DNA of 64,000 nucleotides from a bacterium. Lineage in GTDB: Bacteria > Electryoneota > Electryoneia > Electryoneales > Electryoneaceae. The position numbers were made by a program, and so were the translations under genes. This document shows positions 48,935 to 58,940 of this stretch, one piece after another (the stretch's first letter is position 1; the number at the start of each line of letters is the position of its first letter). The notes under the pieces were generated by a model that made no database searches, was not told the origin of the DNA, and saw nothing but the letters and a program-made list of their open reading frames with translations. The stretch lies in the NCBI GenBank assembly GCA_963669175.1, contig OY769902.1:3264001-3328000 (forward strand), given 5' to 3'.

Positions 48935-51900
48935 TTAGCGAACCAATGTAACCTTCCGGACCGCATTCATCTTGCCCGGTACATGCGCCTGGATGAAGTA
49001 AAGACCACTGGACAGGTTTGTCGCATCAAAGGTGAAGGAATGATACCCCTGTGTGAAACGACCCTGTGCCAGGACAGAAACCTGCTCACCAAGGATGTTG
49101 AACACGCGGACATCCAGGTTTGACGCATCCGGCAGTCCGATGACAGCTGTCATGGTCGGGTTGAACGGGTTCGGATAAGCGCGTGCAATGCTGTACTCGG
49201 TCGGAATCTGTGCGAACAGATTTTCAGAGACATTGACACCATCCCAATCAACGGAAGCTGTGTCGGAATTTGCGGACATGCCTTCATCGTAGGAAGCGAC
49301 GATCCAGTAAGTAAAGGTACCGGCGTCTTCACCATCGAGATTGTCTTCGAAGCCAATGGTGTCAACTTCAGTCAAGGCATTGCCATTACGGAAGATGATG
49401 AATTCGATGAATTCATCCGTCTCGTCATCACCGAATACCCATTCCACTTTAACCAGCGGGCTTCCGTCTTCACGGGAAGCGGTCACATCCGTCGGCGCAT
49501 CAAGTACTGGCGCGTTGAAGTCTTCTGCCAGTGACGGAATGATCTGAACGGCATTCTGGTACAGGCCGATCGGGCCACGGAAAACCACCCAGTCGGATTG
49601 GGCGAATTCTGAAAGGTCAAGACCGGCATCTTCGTTGATGCGGACATTGACTGCGCCGGAGCCGTCATCTACAGAAAGGGTATAGCTACCGGTTTCAGGA
49701 TCACCCTGCAACTGGCCCATGATCTCCGCCCAGGAGCCTTCAAACGCCTGCAGCTCAGCCATGTCGCCTGTCGTTCCCGTGTAGGGGATAGGCAGATCAT
49801 TACCGGTGGTAAGGACTTCGTATTCAAAATCAACAATTTCCGTAACACCGTAATACTCGGTGATCTGACCGGTGACCTGGATTTCATCGCCACGGTTCAG
49901 GTTGTTTTCCGGATCAATAGCATCGTAATCATACAACATGACACCGTAGCCAGTGGCATCCTGGATGTAACAACTGAAACGGTCAGTATTGATCGAGTTG
50001 GTCGGCAAGGTCACGATACCGGTTGTGGTTACCCATGTTCCGGTTTCGACCGTTGTCTGAATATCTTCGATCGAATATGTGCCAATGGCAGCTAACGTAA
50101 TGTCAATGACGGCATTATCATCAGCTTCAAGCACGATGTCTTCTTGAACGTAGGGGGAATACCCATCAAGTACTGCGGCCAGATCATAGGTTCCTGGTGT
50201 GACATCGATGAACTCATAGTGTCCGAATTCATCTGTGAAAGCAGTCAGGATATCTCCATCTTCCGGGGCAAGAGCAACACCAGCATCCAGCAATGGATTG
50301 CCTTCAGTGTCTGTAATCGTTCCGGAAACCTGTGCGTAATCGCTCGGGATGTAAATGTGGAACGAAACATTGTTCAGGTCAGGCATTGTGTCTGACATGG
50401 CACGGTAGATCTGGGAACCGAAAATCCCTTCATGATCTTCATAGCCAATGGATACCATGTCAGGGTCGTCGTTGACGTACATGGAATCGTAGTTTAACCA
50501 CAAGTCCAGTTCCTCGAAATCCATTACGATCTGGAGTGTATTGTAGTTGTCGTAATGGTAATAGTAGGGGACTTCTTCAAATGTGATGACCAGTTGCCCA
50601 TCAACATTTTCGGCCCATACTGTGCCATGGTCTGCCGGATTCAGGTCCATCGCCAGGAAAGCAATGGTGCCATTGGGCTCGGCCGGGTCGGGACAGACAG
50701 CCGGATTGCTATAGCCGCCAGCGCTGGAATTAATAAATGATAACCAGCCGTTTGAAATGACGTAAATGCTGGAATAATCAACGCCGTACCATTCAAAGTC
50801 TTCAAGACCATAGTCTGCGAAAACCAATTCCGTCGATGAATCATCGCCCAACTCTAAATCAGTGGCGTTTTCACTGACATCAATCCAGGTATAGTCTTCT
50901 TCGCGCCATGAACGATATACCCATGCAGGGTAAGGAACCATCGCGAAATTATACGTGTTTTCGCCTTCTTCCAGAACTATTGTCTCAGAATAGTTCAGAT
51001 ATTCACCTTCAATAACAGCGGTAATGTTTGTTGATCCAGAATAACACTCTTCGATACTGTAGTTTCCTGATTCATCTGTAGTTGCCGTTCCGCCAGCAGC
51101 TCTTACAACAACACCCTCAAGCGCAGCGCCCGTTTCACTGTCAGTAACAGTTCCTGACAAACTGGCATCCGCTTCAGGCAGATAGAACAGGATGGATGTC
51201 CCATATACCGGGTAATCTGCCGGCGTGGTATTGTACGATGCCTGTAAACCTACAGTACCATCAATGTTTTCCAAGCCAATCGTTTCACTTGTAATGGTTC
51301 GTGTACAGGCTTCATCGTATGAAACAATTATTTCGCCATTCTCATACAAGTGAACCTGTGCGTAAGCATTGTTGGCAAAAGTGCGGTTCTCGTTTCCAAA
51401 CTGGATAACCAGGTGGCCTTCTTCCACTTCTTCGTAATACATCGTGTCCGAAGCATTGGGAACAAAGTCATCCCAGAACCAGAAAATAGCATTGTTCGGG
51501 ACGCTTGCTGTTGGAATAAGCGTATTGCTGTACGAGGCGCCCTGATCCGCAGAGAATGAAATCCAGCCGTTTGAACAAGCGTAGAATTCCGAATAGGTTT
51601 CACCATAGAAGGGGAAATCGAAACCAATCAAATAGGAACCCTGCGTATTATCATCTGACCAGCCGGTCACTTCTTCAGCTGTATCATAGATGTCAACCCA
51701 TGTATATTCCGGGCCGCCTTCTTCCTGGCTGTCAATAAAGGAATAGCCAAAACCATCAGGACCGCCGAGCTCATCCAGCTCATTAGTGGTCTGATAGGGC
51801 GCGATGTACTGAATGTAATAGTCTTCAGCAAGCTGCTTTTCTGCCATAGACTGTTGAACGCCATCAAACTGTCTGTAATACGCAGTTTTCATCTCTTCGT

Positions 51901-51973
51901 AAGACGCGCCAAATGCCAGTGGCGCCATGATGAATGCTGCGATTAACACAAAAAACAATGCCTTTTTCGACAT
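48935..51973 (-). CDS. Large acidic multidomain secreted protein with T9SS CTD (paralogue B, 1012 aa)
   Basis: Start MSKKALFF after AGGAG; same architecture as paralogue A but with a second GGPD/nidogen-like module in the middle. Confidence 0.88.
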   Translation of the reverse strand: MSKKALFFVLIAAFIMAPLAFGASYEEMKTAYYRQFDGVQQSMAEKQLAEDYYIQYIAPYQTTNELDELGGPDGFGYSFIDSQEEGGPEYTWVDIYDTAEEVTGWSDDNTQGSYLIGFDFPFYGETYSEFYACSNGWISFSADQGASYSNTLIPTASVPNNAIFWFWDDFVPNASDTMYYEEVEEGHLVIQFGNENRTFANNAYAQVHLYENGEIIVSYDEACTRTITSETIGLENIDGTVGLQASYNTTPADYPVYGTSILFYLPEADASLSGTVTDSETGAALEGVVVRAAGGTATTDESGNYSIEECYSGSTNITAVIEGEYLNYSETIVLEEGENTYNFAMVPYPAWVYRSWREEDYTWIDVSENATDLELGDDSSTELVFADYGLEDFEWYGVDYSSIYVISNGWLSFINSSAGGYSNPAVCPDPAEPNGTIAFLAMDLNPADHGTVWAENVDGQLVITFEEVPYYYHYDNYNTLQIVMDFEELDLWLNYDSMYVNDDPDMVSIGYEDHEGIFGSQIYRAMSDTMPDLNNVSFHIYIPSDYAQVSGTITDTEGNPLLDAGVALAPEDGDILTAFTDEFGHYEFIDVTPGTYDLAAVLDGYSPYVQEDIVLEADDNAVIDITLAAIGTYSIEDIQTTVETGTWVTTTGIVTLPTNSINTDRFSCYIQDATGYGVMLYDYDAIDPENNLNRGDEIQVTGQITEYYGVTEIVDFEYEVLTTGNDLPIPYTGTTGDMAELQAFEGSWAEIMGQLQGDPETGSYTLSVDDGSGAVNVRINEDAGLDLSEFAQSDWVVFRGPIGLYQNAVQIIPSLAEDFNAPVLDAPTDVTASREDGSPLVKVEWVFGDDETDEFIEFIIFRNGNALTEVDTIGFEDNLDGEDAGTFTYWIVASYDEGMSANSDTASVDWDGVNVSENLFAQIPTEYSIARAYPNPFNPTMTAVIGLPDASNLDVRVFNILGEQVSVLAQGRFTQGYHSFTFDATNLSSGLYFIQAHVPGKMNAVRKVTLVR

Positions 51974-52149
51974 GTGCTGCTCCTGTCGTGTCTTAAACCG
52001 TTCAACGCACACAGGGATGTGTATGCGTCGCCTTCAAACGTTGCTCGTGCCAACTTCCCTCGGTATTCTGTGGTCTACCAAAGCCCTCCTCTGTTTCTCC
52101 CTCGTTGATCGTCCAATTATCCGAAACGCTACTCAACACCAATACCAAA

Positions 52150-52165
52150 CCGACCGGTCGGTCGG
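52150..52165. promoter_or_regulatory. TetR-type operator upstream of secreted paralogue B
   Basis: CCGACCG-GT-CGGTCGG; same half-sites at 52823-52838. Confidence 0.75.
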
Positions 52166-52196
52166 TCGAAGAGCAAAAAAAATATCTATTGAATTA

Positions 52197-52805
52197 TCAG
52201 GATTTTACTAACTGCCACAAGTCTTCAGCCATTTGCTGAGCTGTCTTGTCAATATCAATATCCGGATTAAAGGCCCACAGGTTCAGAAGGCCACGATGCA
52301 TGGAGAAAATTGTCAGTGCAAAATGGTTACTGTCGATGTTTCTGTTTACAAATCCCAGTTTTTTTCCGGATTCAAGCATGTTGACCAGGTCTGCGATGAC
52401 TTTTTCATTGCTTCTGGCAATACGGTTCCGAAGATGCTCGTTATTTCTTGCAACTTCGAAGAGAAAGCGGAGAACTTCAGAAGGCTCCAGTCGCTCTTCA
52501 GGAGAGTGCTCCACAGCAGGCACTGACCAGATCCCTCGATCTGGCGTGGAGAGCTCAAATACCGCGCGCAGTTTGTCGTATGTAGAGTTGTTGTTGCTCA
52601 TGGACGACTGTACCCTCAGGTAAAACTCCCTGGTGTAGAAGTCGACCACGGCTTCAGCCAGCGCTTCTTTGCTAATGAAGTGGTGGTATAAACCACCTTT
52701 AGATACGCCGGCTCTGCTGGCTATATCACTGACTGAAACCGTGTTGTAACCGTGCTTCAGGAACAGCCAGACTGCAGCTTGAATAATCTGAGTCTTGGTG
52801 TCCAT
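52197..52805 (-). CDS. TetR/AcrR regulator (paralogue B)
   Basis: HTH 'VSVSDIASRAGVSKGGLYHHF'. Confidence 0.92.
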   Translation of the reverse strand: MDTKTQIIQAAVWLFLKHGYNTVSVSDIASRAGVSKGGLYHHFISKEALAEAVVDFYTREFYLRVQSSMSNNNSTYDKLRAVFELSTPDRGIWSVPAVEHSPEERLEPSEVLRFLFEVARNNEHLRNRIARSNEKVIADLVNMLESGKKLGFVNRNIDSNHFALTIFSMHRGLLNLWAFNPDIDIDKTAQQMAEDLWQLVKS

Positions 52806-52822
52806 CAACCTTTCTCACCCAT

Positions 52823-52838
52823 CCGACCGTTCGGTCGG
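52823..52838. promoter_or_regulatory. TetR autoregulatory operator
   Basis: CCGACCG-TT-CGGTCGG, 17 bp upstream of the tetR-B start. Confidence 0.75.
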
Positions 52839-53172
52839 TTCAGGTAATACTAGATATCAGTTAGGCGAATGTCAAGAGTTGATATGAGTTAAATCAGAAA
52901 AATCCAAAATTCCGAGAGACAGGAAAATTACATAGCGTTATTACACACCAACTATCATCACAATCTGATAAGATATAGCCGAATTACGTGTTCTTCAGAA
53001 TCTTTCTGGTAATTGTATTTTATAAATATAACATAGGTTACAGAAAAAGTGGGATATTTGAACTTCCTTGGCTTTGCGTAGCCTGCGAAAATATCTGTCG
53101 TATGCGATATCTTAGTAATGGCGAACCGCGAATTTCTTTCAGGAAAGGTAGTTACAGATTTCAGTCCAAGTC

Positions 53173-53496
53173 TCACAGAGCAACAGAAATCTTACCATTC
53201 TCTTCGTTTACCTCGTAGGTTGCCAGTCCCCATTCCGCAGGTGGTCTCATGGCACCGCCATTGAGAACGAGAAAACGTGCGCCATGACGTGGACATTCAA
53301 CTTCGCCGTCGACCAGTCTGCCTTCTTCCAGCAGACCACCGTTATGTGGACAATAGGCTGACAAAGCGTACACTTTACCTTTCCAGCGTGCCAGCAGGAT
53401 TGCTTTATCGTTGACATGAACGATACGCACGTCACCTTCGCCAACGTGCGTTGACCCGCAAGCGTACTGGAAACCTGTAGTGTCAGGATCTCCCAT
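53173..53496 (-). CDS. Rieske [2Fe-2S] ferredoxin
   Basis: CPH...CPRH ligand set. Confidence 0.92.
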   Translation of the reverse strand: MGDPDTTGFQYACGSTHVGEGDVRIVHVNDKAILLARWKGKVYALSAYCPHNGGLLEEGRLVDGEVECPRHGARFLVLNGGAMRPPAEWGLATYEVNEENGKISVAL

Positions 53497-53502
53497 TGCA
53501 GA

Positions 53503-53958
53503 CTAACCCATCAAGGGGAGAACGACCTGAGTCATCCCGAAGAGGTTATCCCAGAAATCAGGATTGCTGCCTGTTTGAATAGCGGTAATGATCGCGCCGC
53601 CTGCGATTGCCAGCACAACGGCAAACACGATGATACCAATCAACGACAAGATGCCGTAGAGGATGAAATAAGTTCGCAGATTATTCATTGCGCCCATCAA
53701 AGCATCCTTGTCACCTGTTGCTGTGGCCAGGTCAATTTTCCCGGCGGCGCCCCAGATCACCACACCCATAATAATATTCAGGATTCCGACAGGAACTGAG
53801 AAGATGCCACCAATAATCAGCAGAATTGCGCTCAGTTTCATCCAGCCTTTGGCTTTAAAAAGGGCAAGGGCGATTTCTTTAACCGTCTCGTTACCACCCT
53901 TCGGCGAAGAGCTACCGACCACGACCGGCTCGGCACTTTCGTGTGTTGTGTCTGTCAT
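53503..53958 (-). CDS. DUF5362-like membrane protein
   Basis: 'KGWMKL', 'NLRTYF...G' pattern with three TMs; start overlaps the upstream stop (ATGA). Confidence 0.7.
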   Translation of the reverse strand: MTDTTHESAEPVVVGSSSPKGGNETVKEIALALFKAKGWMKLSAILLIIGGIFSVPVGILNIIMGVVIWGAAGKIDLATATGDKDALMGAMNNLRTYFILYGILSLIGIIVFAVVLAIAGGAIITAIQTGSNPDFWDNLFGMTQVVLPLMG

Positions 53959-54326
53959 GGTTTTTCCTTCCTGGTCTTGAGTTCTTCCCAAAATGCGAAT
54001 GCATGGCGAATATGGGGAATCGTGATTGAGCCCCCGACAAGCAAACCGATACTCATGGTTTCTTCAAACTCTTCATCTGAAATACCGGCTTTATAGGCTT
54101 CAATCTGGTGATACTGTATACAATCATCACATCGGAGAACCAGGGATGCCACAAGACCGAGCAGATGTTTTGTGCCTGCCGGCAGTGTCCCCTCACGATA
54201 GACTGCGGCATCCAGGTTCCAAAAACGCTTAATGCTGGTTCCAGCCTTGGCCAGAACCAGCTCGTTAAGCGTTTCACGTTCTTCTGAGAACTGATCAGGC
54301 GAATGCCTGTGTATAGCGTCAGACAC
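53955..54326 (-). CDS. Carboxymuconolactone decarboxylase/AhpD-family protein
   Basis: LVLRCDDCIQYH, VGGSITIPH. Confidence 0.88.
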   Translation of the reverse strand: MSDAIHRHSPDQFSEERETLNELVLAKAGTSIKRFWNLDAAVYREGTLPAGTKHLLGLVASLVLRCDDCIQYHQIEAYKAGISDEEFEETMSIGLLVGGSITIPHIRHAFAFWEELKTRKEKP

Positions 54327-54328
54327 TA

Positions 54329-55531
54329 TCAGATCTTCCTCAACGCCTGATCCATGTCCTGTTCCAGGTCGTTGTAATCTTCAATACCAACAGACCAACG
54401 GATCATATTGTCCTTGACCCCGGCAGCTTCACGTTCTTCCGGAGAATAGGAGGAAGTAACTGTAGAAGCGGGGTGGCAGATCAGGGAGTCGCAATCGCCA
54501 AGACTTACAGCTACAGTTGCCAGCTCAATATTATCCATCAACTTCTTGCCCTCTTCAAAGCCGCCAATGATCTCGAATGCAATCATACCACCGAAATCAC
54601 TCATTTGCTTCTTGGCGATTTCGTGCTGTGGATGGCTCTCAAGACCGGGATAGTAAACGTGTTCGACTTTGGGGTGGTTGGCAAGGAATTGGGCGAGTTT
54701 AGCAGCATTTTCGCAATGCTGGCGCATTCGAACATGGAGTGTTTTCAGGCCGCGAAGCAAAAGCCATGCGGAAAACGGCGCCATGGTCGGGCCGACGTTG
54801 GAGTGAACCCTGTTCCTGAGATTCTTGATATACTCTTCATTGCTGACAATACAACCACCGACAACGTCACCATGACCATTGATGTACTTGGTGGTGGAAT
54901 GAATGACTACGTCAGCGCCCAATGACAGCGGATTTTGAAGAATCGGGGTAGCGAATGTGTTGTCAACGATGACTGTCAAGCCATACTTGTGCCCCAGCTT
55001 CGTCAGTTCTTCGATATCGAGCACTGCCAGGGTTGGGTTGGCCGGAGTTTCAAAGAATAACGCTTTGCAATTTTTCGCGTTCTTGATCGTGTCTTCAACC
55101 ACATTCAAGTCAATGGCGCTAACTTCGTGGGCTGTTACGCCAAACCGAGGCAGTACATTCTGGAACTGGCCGTGTGTGCCGCCATACAGCGTATCGCCAG
55201 CAACGAAACTGCTGCCGGAATCGCATACTGTCATGATAGCATCAAAGATTGCCGCCAGACCGGAACCGGTGCCTACGGCTGCTTCACCACCCTCAAGACA
55301 AGCGATTTCACGCTCAAATGCATCTACTGTCGGATTGCTCAAACGGCTGTAGATATAACCATCAGCTTCACCTTTGAACAAGTCAGCGCCATGCTGGCTG
55401 TCACGGAAGGAGAAGGTGGAAGTCTGGTAAATCGGCAGACTGAGTGCGAGCGTATGCGGATCACCACCGCCATAACCATGAATCGCCTTAGTTCCAATAC
55501 CCCAGTTTTTGTTTACTTTGCCACTCATCAA
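54329..55531 (-). CDS. PLP-dependent trans-sulfuration enzyme (methionine gamma-lyase-like)
   Basis: YSRLSNPT, ETPANP, DNTF, HSTTKYINGHGD, AVSLG. Has YGGT where P. putida-type MGL has YGCT, so specificity is uncertain. Confidence 0.85.
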   Translation of the reverse strand: MMSGKVNKNWGIGTKAIHGYGGGDPHTLALSLPIYQTSTFSFRDSQHGADLFKGEADGYIYSRLSNPTVDAFEREIACLEGGEAAVGTGSGLAAIFDAIMTVCDSGSSFVAGDTLYGGTHGQFQNVLPRFGVTAHEVSAIDLNVVEDTIKNAKNCKALFFETPANPTLAVLDIEELTKLGHKYGLTVIVDNTFATPILQNPLSLGADVVIHSTTKYINGHGDVVGGCIVSNEEYIKNLRNRVHSNVGPTMAPFSAWLLLRGLKTLHVRMRQHCENAAKLAQFLANHPKVEHVYYPGLESHPQHEIAKKQMSDFGGMIAFEIIGGFEEGKKLMDNIELATVAVSLGDCDSLICHPASTVTSSYSPEEREAAGVKDNMIRWSVGIEDYNDLEQDMDQALRKI

Positions 55532-55573
55532 ATGCCCCCTGTAATGTAAATGGGTTGTGTAGGTAACGGTTTG

Positions 55574-55975
55574 TTACGCCTTCGAGTTCAGCTCGGTCAA
55601 TACACCGGCTGTCGCTTTGGGATGCAGGAAACCAACCCTGGTTCCGGATGCGCCTGCTCTGCTTTCATGGTCAATCAAACGCACGCCTTTTTCGTCCATG
55701 ACCTTCAATGATTCATCCACATCATCAACATTAAAGCAGAGATGATGCAGACCCGGGCCACGCTTGTCCAAATGTTTGGCAATGGGGGAGTCCTCACTGG
55801 TCGGTTCAAGCAGTTCGATATGAACATCACCGACTTCAAACATGGCTACCTTGACTTTCTGGTCGCTCACTTCTTCAATCGCAAGAAGGTTAAGCCCGTA
55901 AACGTCACGGTAAAGCTTGATTCCCTCTTCCAGGTTCTGTACTGCAATCCCAATATGTCCAATCTTCCTTATCAT
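55574..55975 (-). CDS. mce: Methylmalonyl-CoA epimerase
   Basis: HIGIAV, QKVKVA, IELLEP, GLHH, FLHPK, GVLTEL; RBS GGAGG. Confidence 0.93.
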   Translation of the reverse strand: MIRKIGHIGIAVQNLEEGIKLYRDVYGLNLLAIEEVSDQKVKVAMFEVGDVHIELLEPTSEDSPIAKHLDKRGPGLHHLCFNVDDVDESLKVMDEKGVRLIDHESRAGASGTRVGFLHPKATAGVLTELNSKA

Positions 55976-55989
55976 GGAAGCCTCCAAAA

Positions 55990-56613
55990 CTAGAACATCA
56001 AACCAAATCTGTCCTTGATCTCTGAAATCAACTCTTCAGCAACTTCATCAGCGCCATTCAGGTTCAAGGAATGTGTATCTATAATGTGGACCGGACAGAT
56101 AGAAGCAGCACGCTCAGCCCAGCCCTCGTAAGCACGGTTTAACTCTTCCAGATAACTGCGTTGAATCGTTTTCTCCGATTCTCTACCTCTTTTGTTGATG
56201 CGGCCCAACAGCTCCTCTATGTCGGCGCGCAGGTAGATTACCAGGTCAGGCGGACGCAGATAGGATACCATGGTTTCAAACAACGAGCGATAGTTTTCAT
56301 AATCACGCGGCGTCATAAAACCCTGACGATGCAGAGTACGAGCGAATATCTCGACGTCTTCATAGATCGTACGATCCTGAATACAAGATCGAGTTGATGC
56401 AGAAATAATCCGTTGAGCTTCGAATCTTTTCGAAAGAAAATAGATCTGAAGGTGGAAACTCCACCGGTTCATATCTTTATAAAAGTCGTCCAGATATGGG
56501 TTGTCAATTACCGGTTCATAGAAAGTTTTCCAACCCAACGCTTTTCCAACCAAACCTGTTACTGTTGTCTTTCCGACACCAATGTTTCCCGAAATCGCTA
56601 CGTAGTGATTCAT
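55990..56613 (-). CDS. Deoxynucleoside kinase
   Basis: GNIGVGKTT, DRTIYED, RINKRGR; start MNHYVA. Confidence 0.93.
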   Translation of the reverse strand: MNHYVAISGNIGVGKTTVTGLVGKALGWKTFYEPVIDNPYLDDFYKDMNRWSFHLQIYFLSKRFEAQRIISASTRSCIQDRTIYEDVEIFARTLHRQGFMTPRDYENYRSLFETMVSYLRPPDLVIYLRADIEELLGRINKRGRESEKTIQRSYLEELNRAYEGWAERAASICPVHIIDTHSLNLNGADEVAEELISEIKDRFGLMF

Positions 56614-56762
56614 GCTTTTCCTCGTTTTAGCAACAAAGCAATATACGATTTTAACTGCACTTCGACAGGTTACCGCTCTCGAGATAAGAAGGGGTGAGGG
56701 CAATGAGAAACTGCGGCGGAAAAACAACAGCAGCAATGGGATGGTGCATCTATTCAGATGGG

Positions 56763-57308
56763 TTATTCTGTAGTTTCACTTGTGCTGATTTCAGTTGCCG
56801 TATCCAAAGGCGTTGCTGGTGAAAGAGACAGGGTAAACTTGATCTTCTCCACTTCCAGACCATAAACAAGATCAACCGGCACACTGTCAGGTTCAACTGA
56901 ATATGCTGAGTTGTCGGGGATGAAGCGTACTATATGATATCCTGGAGGGAGTTGCCGGATCAGTTTGTGTGCGCTGCCGACCTTTTCCCCGTTCAGCATC
57001 ACCTGTCCCGGGATGCCGTCCGTCTGCACAAGGATTTTAGGTGCAGTAAAGCGAACAACAAAGAAGATAATCAGGGCAACGCCGAAGAACATCCAACTGA
57101 GAAACAGAGAACGTCGCCTCGCCTGCGCCAGCTTAACCGGATCGCGGTTCCATGCGGATGACAGACGCTCTCTGCGTTTTTCACGATCATCAACAAGATG
57201 CTCGCGTCGCCGTTGTGCCTGTATCCGGCTGGAATCACGCACAAACGGATTCCCGGGTGGGACTTCGACCCGCTTTCTTTCCTGCTTTTGATGATCTTGT
57301 TCGTTCAC
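56763..57308 (-). CDS. Single-TM hypothetical protein with PEGA-like C-terminus
   Basis: Basic N-terminus, TM, 'VQTD...VMLNG..VG...LPPGYH'. Confidence 0.6.
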   Translation of the reverse strand: MNEQDHQKQERKRVEVPPGNPFVRDSSRIQAQRRREHLVDDREKRRERLSSAWNRDPVKLAQARRRSLFLSWMFFGVALIIFFVVRFTAPKILVQTDGIPGQVMLNGEKVGSAHKLIRQLPPGYHIVRFIPDNSAYSVEPDSVPVDLVYGLEVEKIKFTLSLSPATPLDTATEISTSETTE

Positions 57309-57663
57309 GATTCCCTCCCGAATACCGAATGATTAATGGTAACGCTGTAAAGAAGGGACTGCAAGATTAAGCGAAAGCTTCTCTGATCTTTCATTAAGGC
57401 ATACCGGGAAAATCAGGCATAGCGCTTGCAAATATACCAGGCAGAGTTCATTGAAAAGCTGTCCGGGTGAAACGTAAGAGCCTGAATATAATGATTTTGA
57501 TAACCTTTCTAGCTGTGGTTATTCTGCCACAGTGTCCAATGGAGGCATTATATGCACAGGTTATAATTTCTTTCAGGCTCACTTGAAGCGGATTGGACGG
57601 CTGAATATTTTGACATAACAGAAAACAACAACAAAGCGATAACATAACCCTGGAGGGGTGATC

Positions 57664-58863
57664 ATGGGCGCGACGACGAGAAACATACTGGCAGGAAGCC
57701 TGATTCTGGCTTTCGTGTTCGGTTTGACCAGCGGCCTGTTTGCACAGATTACACCGATTGATGAGAATACAGTCTGGGTAGAGGCGCAAGGCCGTGCGGA
57801 CAAAGATGGCGACAATCACAAGCGTGAGAAGGAAGCACGCAACAATGCCAAGCGAAACGCGATCTTGCTGGTTGTGCAGCAGATTCTTACGGATCAGACT
57901 GAACGTGACGCCTTTTCCGCTATTGAAAACAGATTCCTTGAAGACTTTGAACAGTACATCCTGGATGTACAGCCTACACGGAAATATATCGATGCCAAGC
58001 GTATGGTCATGGGATTGAAGTTGAAGGTGAACAAAGACCTGGTTCGGCAAAACCTGGTAAACTTCGGCGTTATCTCCAGCGCAAAGGAAACCAGATTAAC
58101 GCTGGACCGCTTCACCATCATGCCTTACCTCGATGAAGAAGCCTCTTCGGCCGATGCCTTGAAGTGGAAAGACCTGTTCTACACACGGTTCAGAGCATTT
58201 TTCGAGCAGCAGGGCATTCCGACCATAGGCTATGATGAAGTCATGGCGGCAGAAGGGGATGAAGAGTACCTGACACGCGCAAAATCCAGTACAGCCGATG
58301 ACAACGAGGAAGATCTCGCACTTCAGATAGCCCGTAATACTCCTGCGGACATCTATGTGAAGATCGTCGCGCGGATTGAACATGGCGATTATCGTGGTAA
58401 CAAAGTCGACAAGGTCATTCTTACCGTTGGCGCCTATAACATCATGACCGGCGAATTTATTGGCAGCGGTGAAGGTTTCAGCGAGCCGATGTCGCTTTCC
58501 AGCACCGGAACAACCATTGCTGCCGGTATTGACCAGGCGATGAATGCGGCGATGAACACTGTGATGGATAGAATTACCAGTTTCTGGCGTGATTTTGTCC
58601 GCAATGGCCGTCCCGTCAAGTTGATCTTTACCGATTTTAGCTTCAGCGAACGTGGACAGATCAAGCGTATGCTTGAAGAGATCACCAATGATCAAAAGCT
58701 GTTGAAGCAGGCCGGAAATGTGACAGAATACATGGTCTGGTATGATGGTGATGTTCAGGATTTGATGTATGAAATCTATGAGAAGGGGCAGTTTGAGGGG
58801 AAGCTTGCTGAAGATCCTTCCCTGATATCCAGTTCTATCCGGTTCTACCGGAAAACAGAATAG
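57664..58863 (+). CDS. Secreted protein with FlgT-N/LPP20-like N-terminus (DUF6175-like)
   Basis: Signal peptide, 'VEAQG...EARNNAKRNA', central alpha/beta domain; start GTG 57658 or ATG 57664. Confidence 0.6.
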   Translation: MGATTRNILAGSLILAFVFGLTSGLFAQITPIDENTVWVEAQGRADKDGDNHKREKEARNNAKRNAILLVVQQILTDQTERDAFSAIENRFLEDFEQYILDVQPTRKYIDAKRMVMGLKLKVNKDLVRQNLVNFGVISSAKETRLTLDRFTIMPYLDEEASSADALKWKDLFYTRFRAFFEQQGIPTIGYDEVMAAEGDEEYLTRAKSSTADDNEEDLALQIARNTPADIYVKIVARIEHGDYRGNKVDKVILTVGAYNIMTGEFIGSGEGFSEPMSLSSTGTTIAAGIDQAMNAAMNTVMDRITSFWRDFVRNGRPVKLIFTDFSFSERGQIKRMLEEITNDQKLLKQAGNVTEYMVWYDGDVQDLMYEIYEKGQFEGKLAEDPSLISSSIRFYRKTE

Positions 58864-58940
58864 TACTACTCAGAGTTCGAGTATTACATACGGGAAACGT
58901 AAACCAAGACAGTACGTCTTACGAGATAAAGGAGCGCATC

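Noticed and set aside
44767-50075. Diversity-generating retroelement TR/VR pair in the similar 3' halves
   Set aside because: Differences appear largely synonymous and not adenine-specific, both copies are coding, and no reverse transcriptase is present.
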